DNA from: an uncultured delta proteobacterium | GTDB taxonomy: Bacteria > Myxococcota_A > Polyangia > Polyangiales > Houyiibacteriaceae | Direction of reading: 5' to 3' | Assembly: GCA_963699755.1 (NCBI GenBank) | Contig: CAVOVB010000001.1 | Location: 256,001 to 320,000 of the forward strand | DNA: 64,000 bases | Shown: positions 39,151 through 49,274 of the stretch, in pieces | Layout: every line of letters begins with the position of its first letter | How positions within the stretch are numbered: position 1 is the stretch's first letter | Notes under the pieces: model-generated | Database searches by the model: none | Seen by the model: only the letters and a program-made list of their open reading frames with translations | Told to the model about the DNA's origin: nothing | Position numbers and translations under genes: made by a program

Positions 39151-39666
39151 TCAGTAGTTGCCCGAGACTATGAGATTGTAGTTCAGGCTGCTGACGCCCG
39201 ATGTGTTGAGAGCTTGAACTTCGACGTAGAACTGCTCGCTGGCGGGCAGCTCGACGCCGGCGAACAGTTCTTCCTCCGACGGATTCGCTCCCGGCTTTCC
39301 CATACCGATGGGCCGCAGCTCGGAATCTAGGAGAACGAGGTCGAGGTCGAGCCCTTGCTCCATTTCGTCCCAGGTCAGGAGGATGTCGTGCCTGCCTCCG
39401 TCGCCGGTCATCGACCAGACATCCGAGTTGTCGTTCTCGGATGAAACGTAACCAGAGGCGACATAGAGAAGCTCAGCGGTGCAGACGACTCCGTCGTTGC
39501 TTTCGTCGACGAGTCGCTGGCCAGAATCGAGCTCCAGCCTCCTCTCCACCATGATGCCGGAGCACGAGCCACCCGTGCCTCCCGCACCCACCTCCGGCGG
39601 TGGCGGAAGCTCCGTGCAAGCGACGAGGCGAAGCGCAAGAGCGAGAGCGACGACCCATCGAAACAT
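39151..39666 (-). CDS. Lipoprotein with pre-peptidase C-terminal (PPC-like) domain
   Basis: LVACTELPP; LTWD..DLDLVLLDS..EE..FYVEVQA..Y.L.V. Confidence 0.72.
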   Translation of the reverse strand: MFRWVVALALALRLVACTELPPPPEVGAGGTGGSCSGIMVERRLELDSGQRLVDESNDGVVCTAELLYVASGYVSSENDNSDVWSMTGDGGRHDILLTWDEMEQGLDLDLVLLDSELRPIGMGKPGANPSEEELFAGVELPASEQFYVEVQALNTSGVSSLNYNLIVSGNY

Positions 39667-39718
39667 GCGTCATGCTAACCCAGTCGCGGGTTTCAGTCAG
39701 CTCGGCTCCTAGCCCGGC

Positions 39719-40318
39719 CTAGTCGAGCGGCAAGACCTCGAGCCGATAGCTCTGCGTCGTTCCCTTCGTGTCGAACGCCTGGACCTCGATGACGTAGAGC
39801 TCGCCTTCTTGCAATTCTACGGAGATGTTCTCGCTGCTGGTGTCGGGCGTGGCCGACTGGGCGATTTGGGTGTCCGCGGAATCGGAGAGATAGAGGTCGA
39901 GATCGCGGGTGATCTTGTCCCAGGTGAGGTCGATGCTGTGCTTGCCGCCACAGGTCGTGACCGACCATCGGTCGAAGGGATCGGTGCCAGTGCAGGATCC
40001 CATGGCGCACGCGCCGGATACAGAGCCCATGACGACTCCGGCCTCGACGTTATCGGCCGGTTCGACGTTGTCGGCCTCTTTCGGGAATACCTCGCACGGG
40101 TCTGCTCCACCCATTCCTCCCTGGCCGCCGCCGCCACCCATGCCGCTTGCGTCTCCGTTTCCGCCTATCCCAGACGTGCCCCCACGGCCACCGCCATTGC
40201 CATCGCCCCCGGTGCCGCTGTTCCCGCCCGCCCCCGGCAAAGGCGGAAGCTCGGTGCATGCCACTAGACCCAAGAGTGCAGCAAGCGCCACGGCGACTCG
40301 GCAAGACATGCGCCCCAT
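39719..40318 (-). CDS. Lipoprotein with Gly-rich linker and PPC-like domain (paralog of 39151..39666)
   Basis: LVACTELPP; EPADN; LTWD..DLDLYLSDS..SEN..YVIEVQA..Y.LEV. Confidence 0.75.
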   Translation of the reverse strand: MGRMSCRVAVALAALLGLVACTELPPLPGAGGNSGTGGDGNGGGRGGTSGIGGNGDASGMGGGGGQGGMGGADPCEVFPKEADNVEPADNVEAGVVMGSVSGACAMGSCTGTDPFDRWSVTTCGGKHSIDLTWDKITRDLDLYLSDSADTQIAQSATPDTSSENISVELQEGELYVIEVQAFDTKGTTQSYRLEVLPLD

Positions 40319-40341
40319 CCTAACGCGCTTCTGCGTTCGCG

Positions 40342-40716
40342 TCAGTGTCGGTGTCGGTATCGAACCGAGAGGATGCCGCCGAAGCCCTGGGGCTTGAAGT
40401 GGACGTAGAAGCTGCCGTTGGCGGAGCCGCGGCCGAGGCGGATGCCGTTGTTGACGACCTCGGTCGCGCTGCGGAGGAGGTCTTCGGAGACGAAGCCGCT
40501 CGCGGCCGGTTTGGAAGCAGGCTTCAGGACGGTTGCGCTGGGCGCGAGTCGGATGCTCGACGCGGCCTGGATCGCGAGCACCGCCGAGGACGCGCCGCGG
40601 ATGACCGGCGTCGAATCCGCCGACGCATGCTCTGGCGCGAAGAGGGCCGCAGCGGCGGTGAAGGCGAGGAGCGCGGGGAGAAGGTGGCGAGGGCGGCTTG
40701 TCTGCGTTCGTTGCAT
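40342..40716 (-). CDS. Hypothetical secreted protein
   Basis: Signal peptide ending HASA; C-terminal beta-strand-like segment; start placed at ATG 40716. Confidence 0.6.
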   Translation of the reverse strand: MQRTQTSRPRHLLPALLAFTAAAALFAPEHASADSTPVIRGASSAVLAIQAASSIRLAPSATVLKPASKPAASGFVSEDLLRSATEVVNNGIRLGRGSANGSFYVHFKPQGFGGILSVRYRHRH

Positions 40717-40729
40717 GACGCCGCTAATG

Positions 40730-40745
40730 AGCAGCGTTCGTGCCA
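40730..40745 (-). promoter_or_regulatory. Putative sigma54 -24/-12 promoter
   Basis: Minus strand TGGCAC-GAACG-CTGCT with GG-N10-GC spacing, upstream of ATG 40716. Confidence 0.55.
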
Positions 40746-40965
40746 AGGCGTCTGAAGAGCCCCTTGGCCTGAATTCATGGCTGTTTCTCCAGCGGCGGGC
40801 CCGCGGCTGACGTGGCTCGGTCGCTGTCGTCCAGCAGGAACTGACGTGTGTGCGTCAGTTTAACGCTTGGGGCTGATTCGGACCTTGGCCGGGAGAGAGG
40901 TGCCGGGAATTTGGTAGATCTGCGCGGGAATTCGGGTGTAGCGTCACCGCTGCAAGGAGCTCGGT

Positions 40966-41568
40966 ATGAAAACGATTCGTTGCATTCTTGTGGTGTCGCT
41001 GGCGCTCGGGATTTTTCCCCCGCGGAGAGCCGATGCGGACAGTTCCACTTACGTCGCGCCCAAGGACGAGGCTTACATCGTGTTTGTGAAAGCAGGACGG
41101 GGCTCGAAGAAGGCGCAGTTTATGATCTTCGACGCAGACCTGAAATGCGTCTCCCTGTTCGAAGACAACATGAGCGAGATCATTCCGGTGAAGCCGGGCA
41201 CGCACACTCTCTACACGATGGCCACCAACGCCCATCGCATGGAGCTCAACGTCGAGGCAGGACGCACCTATTTCATTCGCATCTCCTTGCCCAAGTACGG
41301 ATATGGAACGATTCAGCTCGTTCCGGCGAAACGCGATTCCGAGGCCTTCGCGCAGGTGAAGGAATGGGTGAAGGGCGCGAAGGCCAGCAACCCCAACGAA
41401 GACTCGTGCCGTGGTTTGCAGCTCGGTGCAGGCAAGCGCGGGAAAGACCCGTATCCGGGCAAGCGCGATGACGCCGACAACAAGTGGAAGCAAAATGCCG
41501 AGTACCGCGAGAAGCTGACCATGAAGAAGACGGACGGCTTCACCGCGGAAGAAGCCGGCAAGCTCTAG
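40966..41568 (+). CDS. Hypothetical secreted protein (DUF2846-like)
   Basis: AAGGAG RBS, signal peptide; AYIVFV..VKPGTH..VEAGRTYFI pattern. Confidence 0.72.
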   Translation: MKTIRCILVVSLALGIFPPRRADADSSTYVAPKDEAYIVFVKAGRGSKKAQFMIFDADLKCVSLFEDNMSEIIPVKPGTHTLYTMATNAHRMELNVEAGRTYFIRISLPKYGYGTIQLVPAKRDSEAFAQVKEWVKGAKASNPNEDSCRGLQLGAGKRGKDPYPGKRDDADNKWKQNAEYREKLTMKKTDGFTAEEAGKL

Positions 41569-41634
41569 CGCAGAGGGGAGCCTGCCTTCGAAACCCTTGT
41601 CACTGGCTAGGGCTTGCCCCACGATCGGCGTTCC

Positions 41635-42903
41635 ATGATCGAAACGCCCCTCTCCCTCCCGAACGGCCTGACGCTCAAGAATCGAATCGCCAAGGCTGCG
41701 ATGACCGAAAATCTCGCCAACCCCGTCGATGGCGACCCGAACGAACGCCTCTTTCGTCTCTACCAACGCTGGTCGAATGGCGGTGCGGGCCTTCTCATCA
41801 CCGGCAACGTCATGATCGACCGGCGCTTTTTGGAGCAGGCGGGCAACGTGGTCTTGGACGCGAAGAGCAAATTCACGGCGTTCCAAGAGTATGCGCGCCG
41901 CGCGAAGTCCGGTGGCGCGGCCGTGTTCATGCAAGTGAACCATCCGGGGCGTCAGTCGAGCTTGTTCCTCACACGAAAACCCGTCGCTCCGTCCGCGAGC
42001 GGCGCGGTCAAGGTAATCGCGTCGTTCGCAAAGCCGCGTGCGCTCGAAGCCGACGAGGTCGAGGCCTTGATTCGCGCGTATGGCGCGATCGCTCAGCGGG
42101 CGAAGAAGGCGGGCTTCGACGGGATACAGATGCACTCGGCGCACGGCTATCTCGGGAGTCAGTTTCTCTCTCCCTTGACGAACCTTCGGACGGACCAGTG
42201 GGGCGGCTCGCTCGAGAATCGCGCTCGATTTTTGCTGGAGTCGATTCGGGCCGTGCGCGGCGCGACTTCCCCTGGTTTTGCGGTGTCGGTGAAGCTCAAC
42301 TCGTCGGACTTTCAACGAGGTGGGTTCACGCACGAGGAGTCGATCGAAGTTGCGCGCTTGCTCGACGCGGAAGGAATCGACCTGCTGGAGATCTCGGGCG
42401 GCAACTACGAGAGCCCCGCGCTCCTCGTCGGCGTCGACGACGAGCGGGCCGAGAGCACCAAGGCGCGCGAGGCCTATTTCTTCAAGTACGCCGAGGGGAT
42501 TCGAGAGGTGTTCAAGCGTCCACTGATGCTGACGGGCGGTTTGCGATCGGCCTCGGTGATGAATGAGGTCTTGCAGAGCGGCGCCGTCGATCTGATCGGC
42601 CTGGCGCGGCCGCTCGCGGTGGACCCGGATTTTCCGGCGAAGCTCCTCGGAGCGGACAAGTCGATTGTGTCGCCGGTGAAGCCGGTGCGCTTCATCAACA
42701 AGCAGATCAGCGCGATGGCCGAGGCGGGATACCACGGCGCGCAGATCGAACGGATGGGCGACGGCAAGGAACCAAACGCGGACCTATCGCCGTTTCGCGC
42801 GACGATGCACTACCTGGGCGCGCAGGTGCAGGGCTTCTTTCGCCTGATGCGGCGCCCGGCGCTGCCTAAGCAACTGGTGGCTGGGACTCAGGCGCCAGAC
42901 TAG
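41635..42903 (+). CDS. NADH:flavin oxidoreductase (old yellow enzyme family)
   Basis: LKNRIAKAAMTE, HPGRQ, GFDGIQMHSAHGYL.SQFLSP.TN.RTD.WGGSLENR, ISGGNYE, LARP. Confidence 0.93.
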   Translation: MIETPLSLPNGLTLKNRIAKAAMTENLANPVDGDPNERLFRLYQRWSNGGAGLLITGNVMIDRRFLEQAGNVVLDAKSKFTAFQEYARRAKSGGAAVFMQVNHPGRQSSLFLTRKPVAPSASGAVKVIASFAKPRALEADEVEALIRAYGAIAQRAKKAGFDGIQMHSAHGYLGSQFLSPLTNLRTDQWGGSLENRARFLLESIRAVRGATSPGFAVSVKLNSSDFQRGGFTHEESIEVARLLDAEGIDLLEISGGNYESPALLVGVDDERAESTKAREAYFFKYAEGIREVFKRPLMLTGGLRSASVMNEVLQSGAVDLIGLARPLAVDPDFPAKLLGADKSIVSPVKPVRFINKQISAMAEAGYHGAQIERMGDGKEPNADLSPFRATMHYLGAQVQGFFRLMRRPALPKQLVAGTQAPD

Positions 42904-44363
42904 AAGTCGTGGGCGAGGATATTTTCGGCGCGTCGTACGATTTCGCGTCCGTAGTCGGTCCAGGTCCCCTGACCCCAGTAGCGGAAGCAGCTGGTTTGCG
43001 AACAGAGCAGATGAAAGAGCGCGTTGCGGTAGCGCGGATCCTCGGTTGGGATCCCGGGCTTCAAGACCTTCTCGCTGAAATGAGCGCTCAGCTTCTCGAT
43101 CGGGCCGAGCAGGTTCTCGTATCCGGCGACCCAGGAAATGCTGTTGGTCCAGCTCCCGCCATCCATGTGGAAGCTGCTGTCCTCGCGTTTGAGCTCGTCG
43201 ATGACCTTCTCGAGCCGCTCTGAGCCGGCACCAGCCTCGAACCGATCCCAGATCCGCTTCTGATGGATGGGCTGCAGGCCCGGCAGATCCCGCTCGGAAA
43301 TGCCCATGGCGAACAACTGTTCCAAGTACTCCGTCACGTTGACCAGCGGCACGTCGGTCGAGGAACACTCGCGCACCACCTCGAAATATTTCGACGGGAA
43401 CTCGTTCATCATGACGCCGCCGTTTTCTCCGTCGGCGATCTGCGTCACCAGGGGGGGAACGCTCTTGCCCGCTAGCTCGGTTCTCCGGAGGCCTTTGGCT
43501 TCGTAGTACGGCTGCATCTGTGCAACGAGCTTGGTGTCGCTTCCCTGGGTTTTGATCACCGCGACGATTTCCGCGGTTTCACCGGCGGCGCTTCGGCAAA
43601 CCAAGCGGTACGGGAGATGCTTCTGTGTCGGCGGAGATCCGGTTTGCGGCAACTCGACCGTGTGCTCCTGGACCAGGACCCAGTCGTAGCCGCATTCCTT
43701 GAGTGTGCGCACGAACTCATAGGCAACCTCGGGGTGGTTCGGAAGCGCCATCTCCGAGGGAGAGAAGCCACGCATCCGGCCAAGCGCCTCGATGCCGAAG
43801 ATGGAAGCGAAGTGCTGCTGAAAGGCGAGCACGTGCAGGCGATAGTCCTGCACCGGCGTCGACGGCGCCACCGCGTGGCCCCAGGGACAACCGAGCCACT
43901 CGACGGCGTGATGGTACGATGGGTTGCCCGTGATCGCCCGGAGGCCGTCGAGCACGTCGCTTCGACCCATTTGGCTGAGCCCGTGCAACAACTGGCCCGA
44001 GTACTCGAGCATCACGCGGGGTTCTTTGCCCTCTTCGATGAGCCGCGGGATGAACTCGCCCATTCGCTGGTAGCACCAGGCGAAGGGCGCGGCGTTGTGG
44101 TTGTCGCCGATGCCCGGATTCTCGAACATGAGCTGAAGGTTGCTGATCAGCTTCGCGCTCTTTAGCTCGGCGCCCCCGGCTGGGATCAGCGGCTGATGCA
44201 TGTGTAGGGCTACGGCGGCGCAGCTGCGGACCTTGGCGAAGTCCACTTGGCTTTCGTGAACAGAGGTAGCCCCATCGCGTGCCGCCTGCCGTGCTTGCGA
44301 CACGCGTCTCTCATCGCCAGAGATGCTGGGGAGTCTGTCGACGTGTTCCCGGGTCTCAGTCAT
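42900..44363 (-). CDS. Glycoside hydrolase family 57 protein
   Basis: ALHMHQP, YSGQL, GFSPSEM (Glu nucleophile), ADGEN (Asp acid/base), TSCFRYWG. Confidence 0.88.
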   Translation of the reverse strand: MTETREHVDRLPSISGDERRVSQARQAARDGATSVHESQVDFAKVRSCAAVALHMHQPLIPAGGAELKSAKLISNLQLMFENPGIGDNHNAAPFAWCYQRMGEFIPRLIEEGKEPRVMLEYSGQLLHGLSQMGRSDVLDGLRAITGNPSYHHAVEWLGCPWGHAVAPSTPVQDYRLHVLAFQQHFASIFGIEALGRMRGFSPSEMALPNHPEVAYEFVRTLKECGYDWVLVQEHTVELPQTGSPPTQKHLPYRLVCRSAAGETAEIVAVIKTQGSDTKLVAQMQPYYEAKGLRRTELAGKSVPPLVTQIADGENGGVMMNEFPSKYFEVVRECSSTDVPLVNVTEYLEQLFAMGISERDLPGLQPIHQKRIWDRFEAGAGSERLEKVIDELKREDSSFHMDGGSWTNSISWVAGYENLLGPIEKLSAHFSEKVLKPGIPTEDPRYRNALFHLLCSQTSCFRYWGQGTWTDYGREIVRRAENILAHDF

Positions 44364-44405
44364 GGGTGGACCGGCGCAAACGCGGCGGCGAAGGGCGCCC
44401 CCTAC

Positions 44406-44942
44406 TCAACTCGGGCAGCCGTCGCCAGGGAGCCCTCGACAATTCTCGTATGATTCGAGGCATCCCCCAGCGTTCAAGCAGTCCAGGCACGAGGCGCTAC
44501 AGCTGTCGTCTTGGCAGAAGATTCGGCAAGACGAACCCTCCTCCAGGCCGCATCGCTCGAGCGCTCCGAAGCAGGCAGCGCATTCGACCGAAAGGCCGGA
44601 AACGTTCTCTTCGACACACTGGCTAATGCACTCCTCGTATTGTGCAGCATCGAATACGAAGCTCGCGCAGAAGGTCGAAACGTTTGTGAGCGAGCCACAT
44701 CGGCCCGCAACTTCGCGAATCGGAAGGCCTGCGTTCTCGATGGAGACGACGTCCGATGCATTGTCGCAAGCGCCTTTGGGCCCGCCGCCTACCCCTCCTT
44801 GGCCACCGAACCCGCCGGCGCCGCCGGCACCATCGGACGGAGCGCTGCCCCCAGGGAGAATCGGTCCGCCCCCAGCGTAAGTGGGCGGCTCCGCGTCGTT
44901 ACAGGCCCCGAGAAGCAGAGAAAAGCAGAGGATCCACTTCAT
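44406..44942 (-). CDS. Cys-rich lipoprotein
   Basis: Lipobox LGAC, Gly linker, CISQCV..GLS.ECAACF...CG...C..FC....C..SCLDC. Confidence 0.78.
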   Translation of the reverse strand: MKWILCFSLLLGACNDAEPPTYAGGGPILPGGSAPSDGAGGAGGFGGQGGVGGGPKGACDNASDVVSIENAGLPIREVAGRCGSLTNVSTFCASFVFDAAQYEECISQCVEENVSGLSVECAACFGALERCGLEEGSSCRIFCQDDSCSASCLDCLNAGGCLESYENCRGLPGDGCPS

Positions 44943-45133
44943 GGGGTGAGAGTGATCCCTTGCGTCGACTCGGTCAACCGAAGTGCGAGCGTCCCTGCCT
45001 GCGTCGGTGCAAGGGGTTTAGGAATGCGCGCTTTCGCAACGAAGCTCTGTACGCGATGGTTAAATGCAAGAACCCGCGTGCCAAAGCGCGCGGGCTCTCA
45101 CAGTGATGCTGCGATGGGCAGCTCTGGCTCTGG

Positions 45134-46039
45134 TCAGTTCACGGCGAAGTCCACGCCCGCGCCTTGAGCGTCGAAGGTGCAGACCGACTCGTCGACCGAG
45201 ACGAGCGGGTTACCGCCCAGGGTCAGGTCGAGGGTGAAGCTGCCGTCCCAGTTGACATTGACGGTCGAGCCCGTGCCACCTGTCGGGCCCGCCGCGCCCG
45301 AGCCTGCGGTGATCTCGCCCGGGGTTGCGATGACCAGGTTGTTACCGGTGATGTAGGCGCCGATGAGCTGCCCGGTTGCGGCCGCGGTCAGCCCGCTTCC
45401 AATCGAGCCCGGGATGCTGCCCCCGATAGAGGCGCCCGTCACGTCCGCAGCGATCGCCAAAGCGCCGAGCTCAGCGGCGTTGCCCAAGGTCGGCAGCAAG
45501 AAGTTCCCGGCTGCGATCGTCCATCCGGTGCTCAGGTTGTTGGCGCCGTCCGAGACGACATCGAGGGTGATATCCACCTGGAGCTGGATGTTCGTGTTGA
45601 GCGCGGTCACGAAGACCGTGCAACCGCCCGTTGCACCGGGGCCACCGCCAACCGGCGTGGTGTTCGCCTGCCAGAGGGTGCTGCCCGAACCGGCCGCGAT
45701 GACCGCGATACCGTTGCCGCCAGCGCCGCCTGCGCCGCCTGCGCCGGCCACGCCGCCGACTCCGCCTGCGCCGCCAGCTCCAGCCATGCCGCCTTCACCG
45801 CCACCGCCGCCTGTGCCGACCATGCCGCCTTCGCCGCCACCGCCACCTGTGCCGACCATGCCGCCTTCACCGCCGGAGCCACCTCCGCCGCCCATGCCGC
45901 CGCTGCCAGTCATGCCGCCGCTGCCAGTCATGCCGCCGCTGCCAGTCATGCCGCCGCTGCCCGCGGGTGTCGAATCGTCACTGCATCCGAACACCGTGAG
46001 TGTCAGTCCAAGCCCGAGTATCAATGCTGCTCTTCTCAT
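45134..46039 (-). CDS. Gly-rich lipoprotein, unknown function
   Basis: Lipobox VFGC, GGGGAG RBS, long GSGGMT / GGEGGM linker, beta-rich C-domain. Confidence 0.8.
   Translation of the reverse strand: MRRAALILGLGLTLTVFGCSDDSTPAGSGGMTGSGGMTGSGGMTGSGGMGGGGGSGGEGGMVGTGGGGGEGGMVGTGGGGGEGGMAGAGGAGGVGGVAGAGGAGGAGGNGIAVIAAGSGSTLWQANTTPVGGGPGATGGCTVFVTALNTNIQLQVDITLDVVSDGANNLSTGWTIAAGNFLLPTLGNAAELGALAIAADVTGASIGGSIPGSIGSGLTAAATGQLIGAYITGNNLVIATPGEITAGSGAAGPTGGTGSTVNVNWDGSFTLDLTLGGNPLVSVDESVCTFDAQGAGVDFAVN
45893..45961. repeat. 18-bp coding tandem repeat (catgccgccgctgccagt, about 3.8 copies)
   Basis: Directly visible; encodes TGSGGM on the minus strand. Confidence 0.9.
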
Positions 46040-46417
46040 CGTTTCTTCTCCCCAACCAAGCCACAGGAAATAGTGACCGGAATCTCCTCACAAGTTCAGC
46101 CCCGCGTCAACCAGTCTTTTCGCGAGGTCGCCCCGGTCACCGGCGAACTTCCAAAAGCCGGCGGAAATGAGGCGAGATTTCAAACAGGGGAGTCTCCCGC
46201 GTCACCTGGTTATTCCATCGCGCTCAGTCTGCGGGGCCCGGCGCACGTTCATGAGAGTGCCCCGGTCCTCGAGGCGCAGCTCCACCGGCCGCGACACCTC
46301 GCGCTTCCTGCAGCTGGGGACTCAGCCACCGCGTGGGCAAGGGCTGTTGCTGGCATCCGCAGACGGGATCTTTCGTATTGGGAAGAGATGAAGCGAATTC
46401 GCATGTTAAGTTGAGGG

Positions 46418-47101
46418 ATGGCTCGGGTGCTCGTGTTTGATGTCAATGAAACCCTGCTCGATCTGCGGGCGCTCGATCCGACGTTCGAGCGCTTGTTTGG
46501 CGATGCGGCGATTCGGCGGCAGTGGTTCGGGCTCGTCCTTCGCAATGCGATGGCGCTCACGATCACCGGGGACTACGAGGACTTCATCGCCGTGGGTGCC
46601 GCGAGTTTGAACATGGTGGCCGAGCAATACGGGGTGACGCTCAGCGAAAGCGACCGGATCTCCATCCGGGAGACGATGGGAAATTTGCCGTCTCACACCG
46701 ACGTGCTGGTGAACCTCGAACGCTTGCATGGGGCGGAGCTTAGGATGGCAGCGCTGACCAACTCGCCGCTCGATGCGACCAGGCGACAGCTCCACAAGGC
46801 GGGGATCGCTCCGTTGCTGGACGAGATTCTCTCGGTGGAGGGGACCGGCAAGTTCAAGCCAGCGCGCGAGGTGTACGAGATGGCCGCAGCGAGGCTTGGT
46901 GTGGAGACGACCCAGCTTCGGATGGTGGCGGCGCACGACTGGGATATCGCCGGCGCGATGCGAGCTGGCTGCGCGGGGGCGTACCTCTTGCGAGCGGGGA
47001 TGGTGCTCAATCCTCTCTACCCTAAGCCGGACATCGTGGAGCCCGACTTCCATCGGCTTGCGAATCGGATCCTAGAAGTCGAGACGGGTGAGACGCGCTA
47101 G
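46418..47101 (+). CDS. Haloacid dehalogenase type II (HAD superfamily)
   Basis: FDVNETLLD, LTNS, FKPA..VY, MVAAHDWDIAGA. Confidence 0.92.
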   Translation: MARVLVFDVNETLLDLRALDPTFERLFGDAAIRRQWFGLVLRNAMALTITGDYEDFIAVGAASLNMVAEQYGVTLSESDRISIRETMGNLPSHTDVLVNLERLHGAELRMAALTNSPLDATRRQLHKAGIAPLLDEILSVEGTGKFKPAREVYEMAAARLGVETTQLRMVAAHDWDIAGAMRAGCAGAYLLRAGMVLNPLYPKPDIVEPDFHRLANRILEVETGETR

Positions 47102-47225
47102 TTTTTTGCGCTCTGCGTCTCAAGTGCTTGAAATCAAGAGAGTCGCAACGGGGAGCGTGTCCCCGAATTCGCTCGACAGAGGCGGGGGTTTCTTGCATTA
47201 GGTCGAGTCGGACAGGTTCGGATCG

Positions 47226-48434
47226 ATGGGCACTGAAGTCAGAAGCAGCGACAACCTACACGATGTTCGGTACGAAATACGCGGGCAGCTGGCGCAGCGC
47301 GCGCACGAGATGGAGCGTCGGGGGTACGAGATCATCTCGCTGAACATCGGGAACCCGGGGCTCTTCGGCTTCCGTACGCCGGAAACGATGCGCATGGCGA
47401 TGATCGAAAACCTCCCCGAGAGCGAGGCGTATTGTCATCAGAAAGGCATCTTCCCGGCGCGCGAGGCTGTGGTGCTACAGCAGCAGGAACGCGGCGTCAT
47501 GAACGTGACCGCCGAGCATGTGTTCATCGGCAACGGGGTGAGCGAGCTCATCGATTTGACGCTTCGCGCGCTGCTCAATCAGGGCGACGAAGTGCTAATC
47601 CCGAGCCCGGACTACCCCCTGTGGACCGCTTCGGTCACGTTGAACGGTGGCAGGGCGGTGCACTACCCTTGCCCGCCGGAGAAGCAGTTTCAGCCTGATC
47701 TCGATGCGCTGGCCGGCCTGATGACGGAACGAACCCGCGCGATCGTGATCATCAACCCCAACAATCCTACCGGCGCCGTATACAGTCGGGAAGTGCTCGA
47801 AGCGATGGTCGCGCTCGCCGAACGGCACAATCTCGTCGTTTTCAGCGACGAAATCTACGACAGCATGGTGTACGACGACGCGGAGTTCGTCCCGGTTGCG
47901 CCGCTGGTGAAAGACACACTCTGCGGCACTTTCAGTGGTTTGTCTAAGGTCTACCGCGCTTGCGGGTTCCGTGTCGGCTGGGTGGTCTTCAACGGCAGCA
48001 ATGAGCTCGCGAAGGACTACTTGCAGGGTCTGGACCTGCTCGCGTCGCTTCGTTTGTGCAGCAACGTGCCTGGGCAGTGGGGCGTGCAGACCGCGCTAGG
48101 TGGCTATCAGAGCCTGAAGGAGCTGGTTCGTCCGGGCGGGCGGCTCTACGAGTCCCGCCAAGCGGTGATCAGGGGCGTCGAAGCGAGCGAGTACCTGCAC
48201 CTGATTCCGCCGGGAGGAGCGATGTATGCGTTCGTCGGTGCCAACACAGACAAGCTGCCCGGCTTCGACGACCTAGACTTTGCGATGGAGCTCCTCGAGA
48301 CCCAGCACGTGCTCGTGACACCAGGCTCCAGCTTCAACGTCGACTACCACAACTACTTCCGCATCACGGTATTGCCGCAGGCGAAGGTCATCGACGACGT
48401 GTTTCGGCGGATCGAGAAGGTGTTGGGGGGGTAG
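47226..48434 (+). CDS. alaA: Class I aminotransferase, AlaA-like alanine transaminase
   Basis: VRYEIRG, LNIGNP, GNGVSELI, PDYPLWTA, NPNNPTG, SDEIYD, GLSK.YR.CGFR.GW, RLCSN. Confidence 0.88.
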   Translation: MGTEVRSSDNLHDVRYEIRGQLAQRAHEMERRGYEIISLNIGNPGLFGFRTPETMRMAMIENLPESEAYCHQKGIFPAREAVVLQQQERGVMNVTAEHVFIGNGVSELIDLTLRALLNQGDEVLIPSPDYPLWTASVTLNGGRAVHYPCPPEKQFQPDLDALAGLMTERTRAIVIINPNNPTGAVYSREVLEAMVALAERHNLVVFSDEIYDSMVYDDAEFVPVAPLVKDTLCGTFSGLSKVYRACGFRVGWVVFNGSNELAKDYLQGLDLLASLRLCSNVPGQWGVQTALGGYQSLKELVRPGGRLYESRQAVIRGVEASEYLHLIPPGGAMYAFVGANTDKLPGFDDLDFAMELLETQHVLVTPGSSFNVDYHNYFRITVLPQAKVIDDVFRRIEKVLGG

Positions 48435-48541
48435 TACGAGCACGGGGCGGGACGGATTAGAACATAGCCCAAGCATTCGATTCAAAGCCCCGGCATGCCT
48501 CCGAGGAGGTCAAGAGGGACGTCACCGTCTGGGAGCTGCCC

Positions 48542-49076
48542 GTGATGGCACTTCACACCGTTTCGGATCAGTTGCGTGAGCAGGCGCCGATCGTGCCGCT
48601 GATCGAGGAGCGTCGGAAGAATCCGAAGGACGACGTGCTTTCCCAGCTCATTCACGACGAGGTAGACGGCGCGAGCATGACGCCGGAGCAGGTGAAGTCG
48701 AACGTGGCCATCATGTTCACCGCGGGTTCCTCGACGACGCAGGACTCGATCCGAAGTCTCGCCTATGGCGTTGCGACAACCGAGGACTATTGGGCGCAGG
48801 CTCGTGGTCACCCCGAGCTTCGTGCGAACGCGATCGAGGAAACGCTGCGCTGGCAGCCGGCCGTGTCCTTTCTTCCGCGCTTGAGCAAGAGGGATGGGGC
48901 AACGCCTTACACGAGCGTCTACCGAACCTCGAGCCACTGGAGCCGGAGCAATCGGCTCCGAGCGGAACGGTCTTTCGGCAACCAACGCAGTTGAAGTGCC
49001 GATTTCGAGGCACAGTGGAGCCGCTCGCGGCCGTGCTTCGCAGGGAGGTGACTGCAACAAGCCATTTGCCTTTGGC
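48542..49076 (+). pseudogene. Cytochrome P450 fragment
   Basis: ERRKNPKDDVLSQL, I-helix AGSSTT, ExxR (IEETLRW); N-terminus absent; out-of-frame FAFG remnant near 49056-49076 without the heme Cys. Confidence 0.75.
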
Positions 49077-49274
49077 GACAATGACCACGGCCAGAGCAGT
49101 CGTCCGATACCTCGAGCCCGAACACACGCGCCACGCCGTGGACGCGGACGAGTCGTACAAAGCCAGTGCCCGCTGCCAAGTTAGGCGCGGCTCCATTGAT
49201 CTGTGCATTCGCGAAGCCGCAGACGTTGCGACCTTGCGAGCGCTTCATCTGAGCTGCTAGCGTCCCGGCGCAAG

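Noticed and set aside
40855..42735. 626-aa minus-strand ORF and similar long antisense ORFs (for example 10752..12320, 45164..46414, 49317..50636, 56690..57880)
   Set aside because: Shadow frames opposite well-supported genes, expected in high-GC DNA; Arg/Ala-rich with no domain motifs.
45064..45083. Sigma54-like motif TGGCAC...TTGCA on the minus strand
   Set aside because: Spacing is 3 nt too long for GG-N10-GC.
46040..46417. Possible small ORF or gene remnant upstream of the HAD gene
   Set aside because: No convincing start or motif in any frame.
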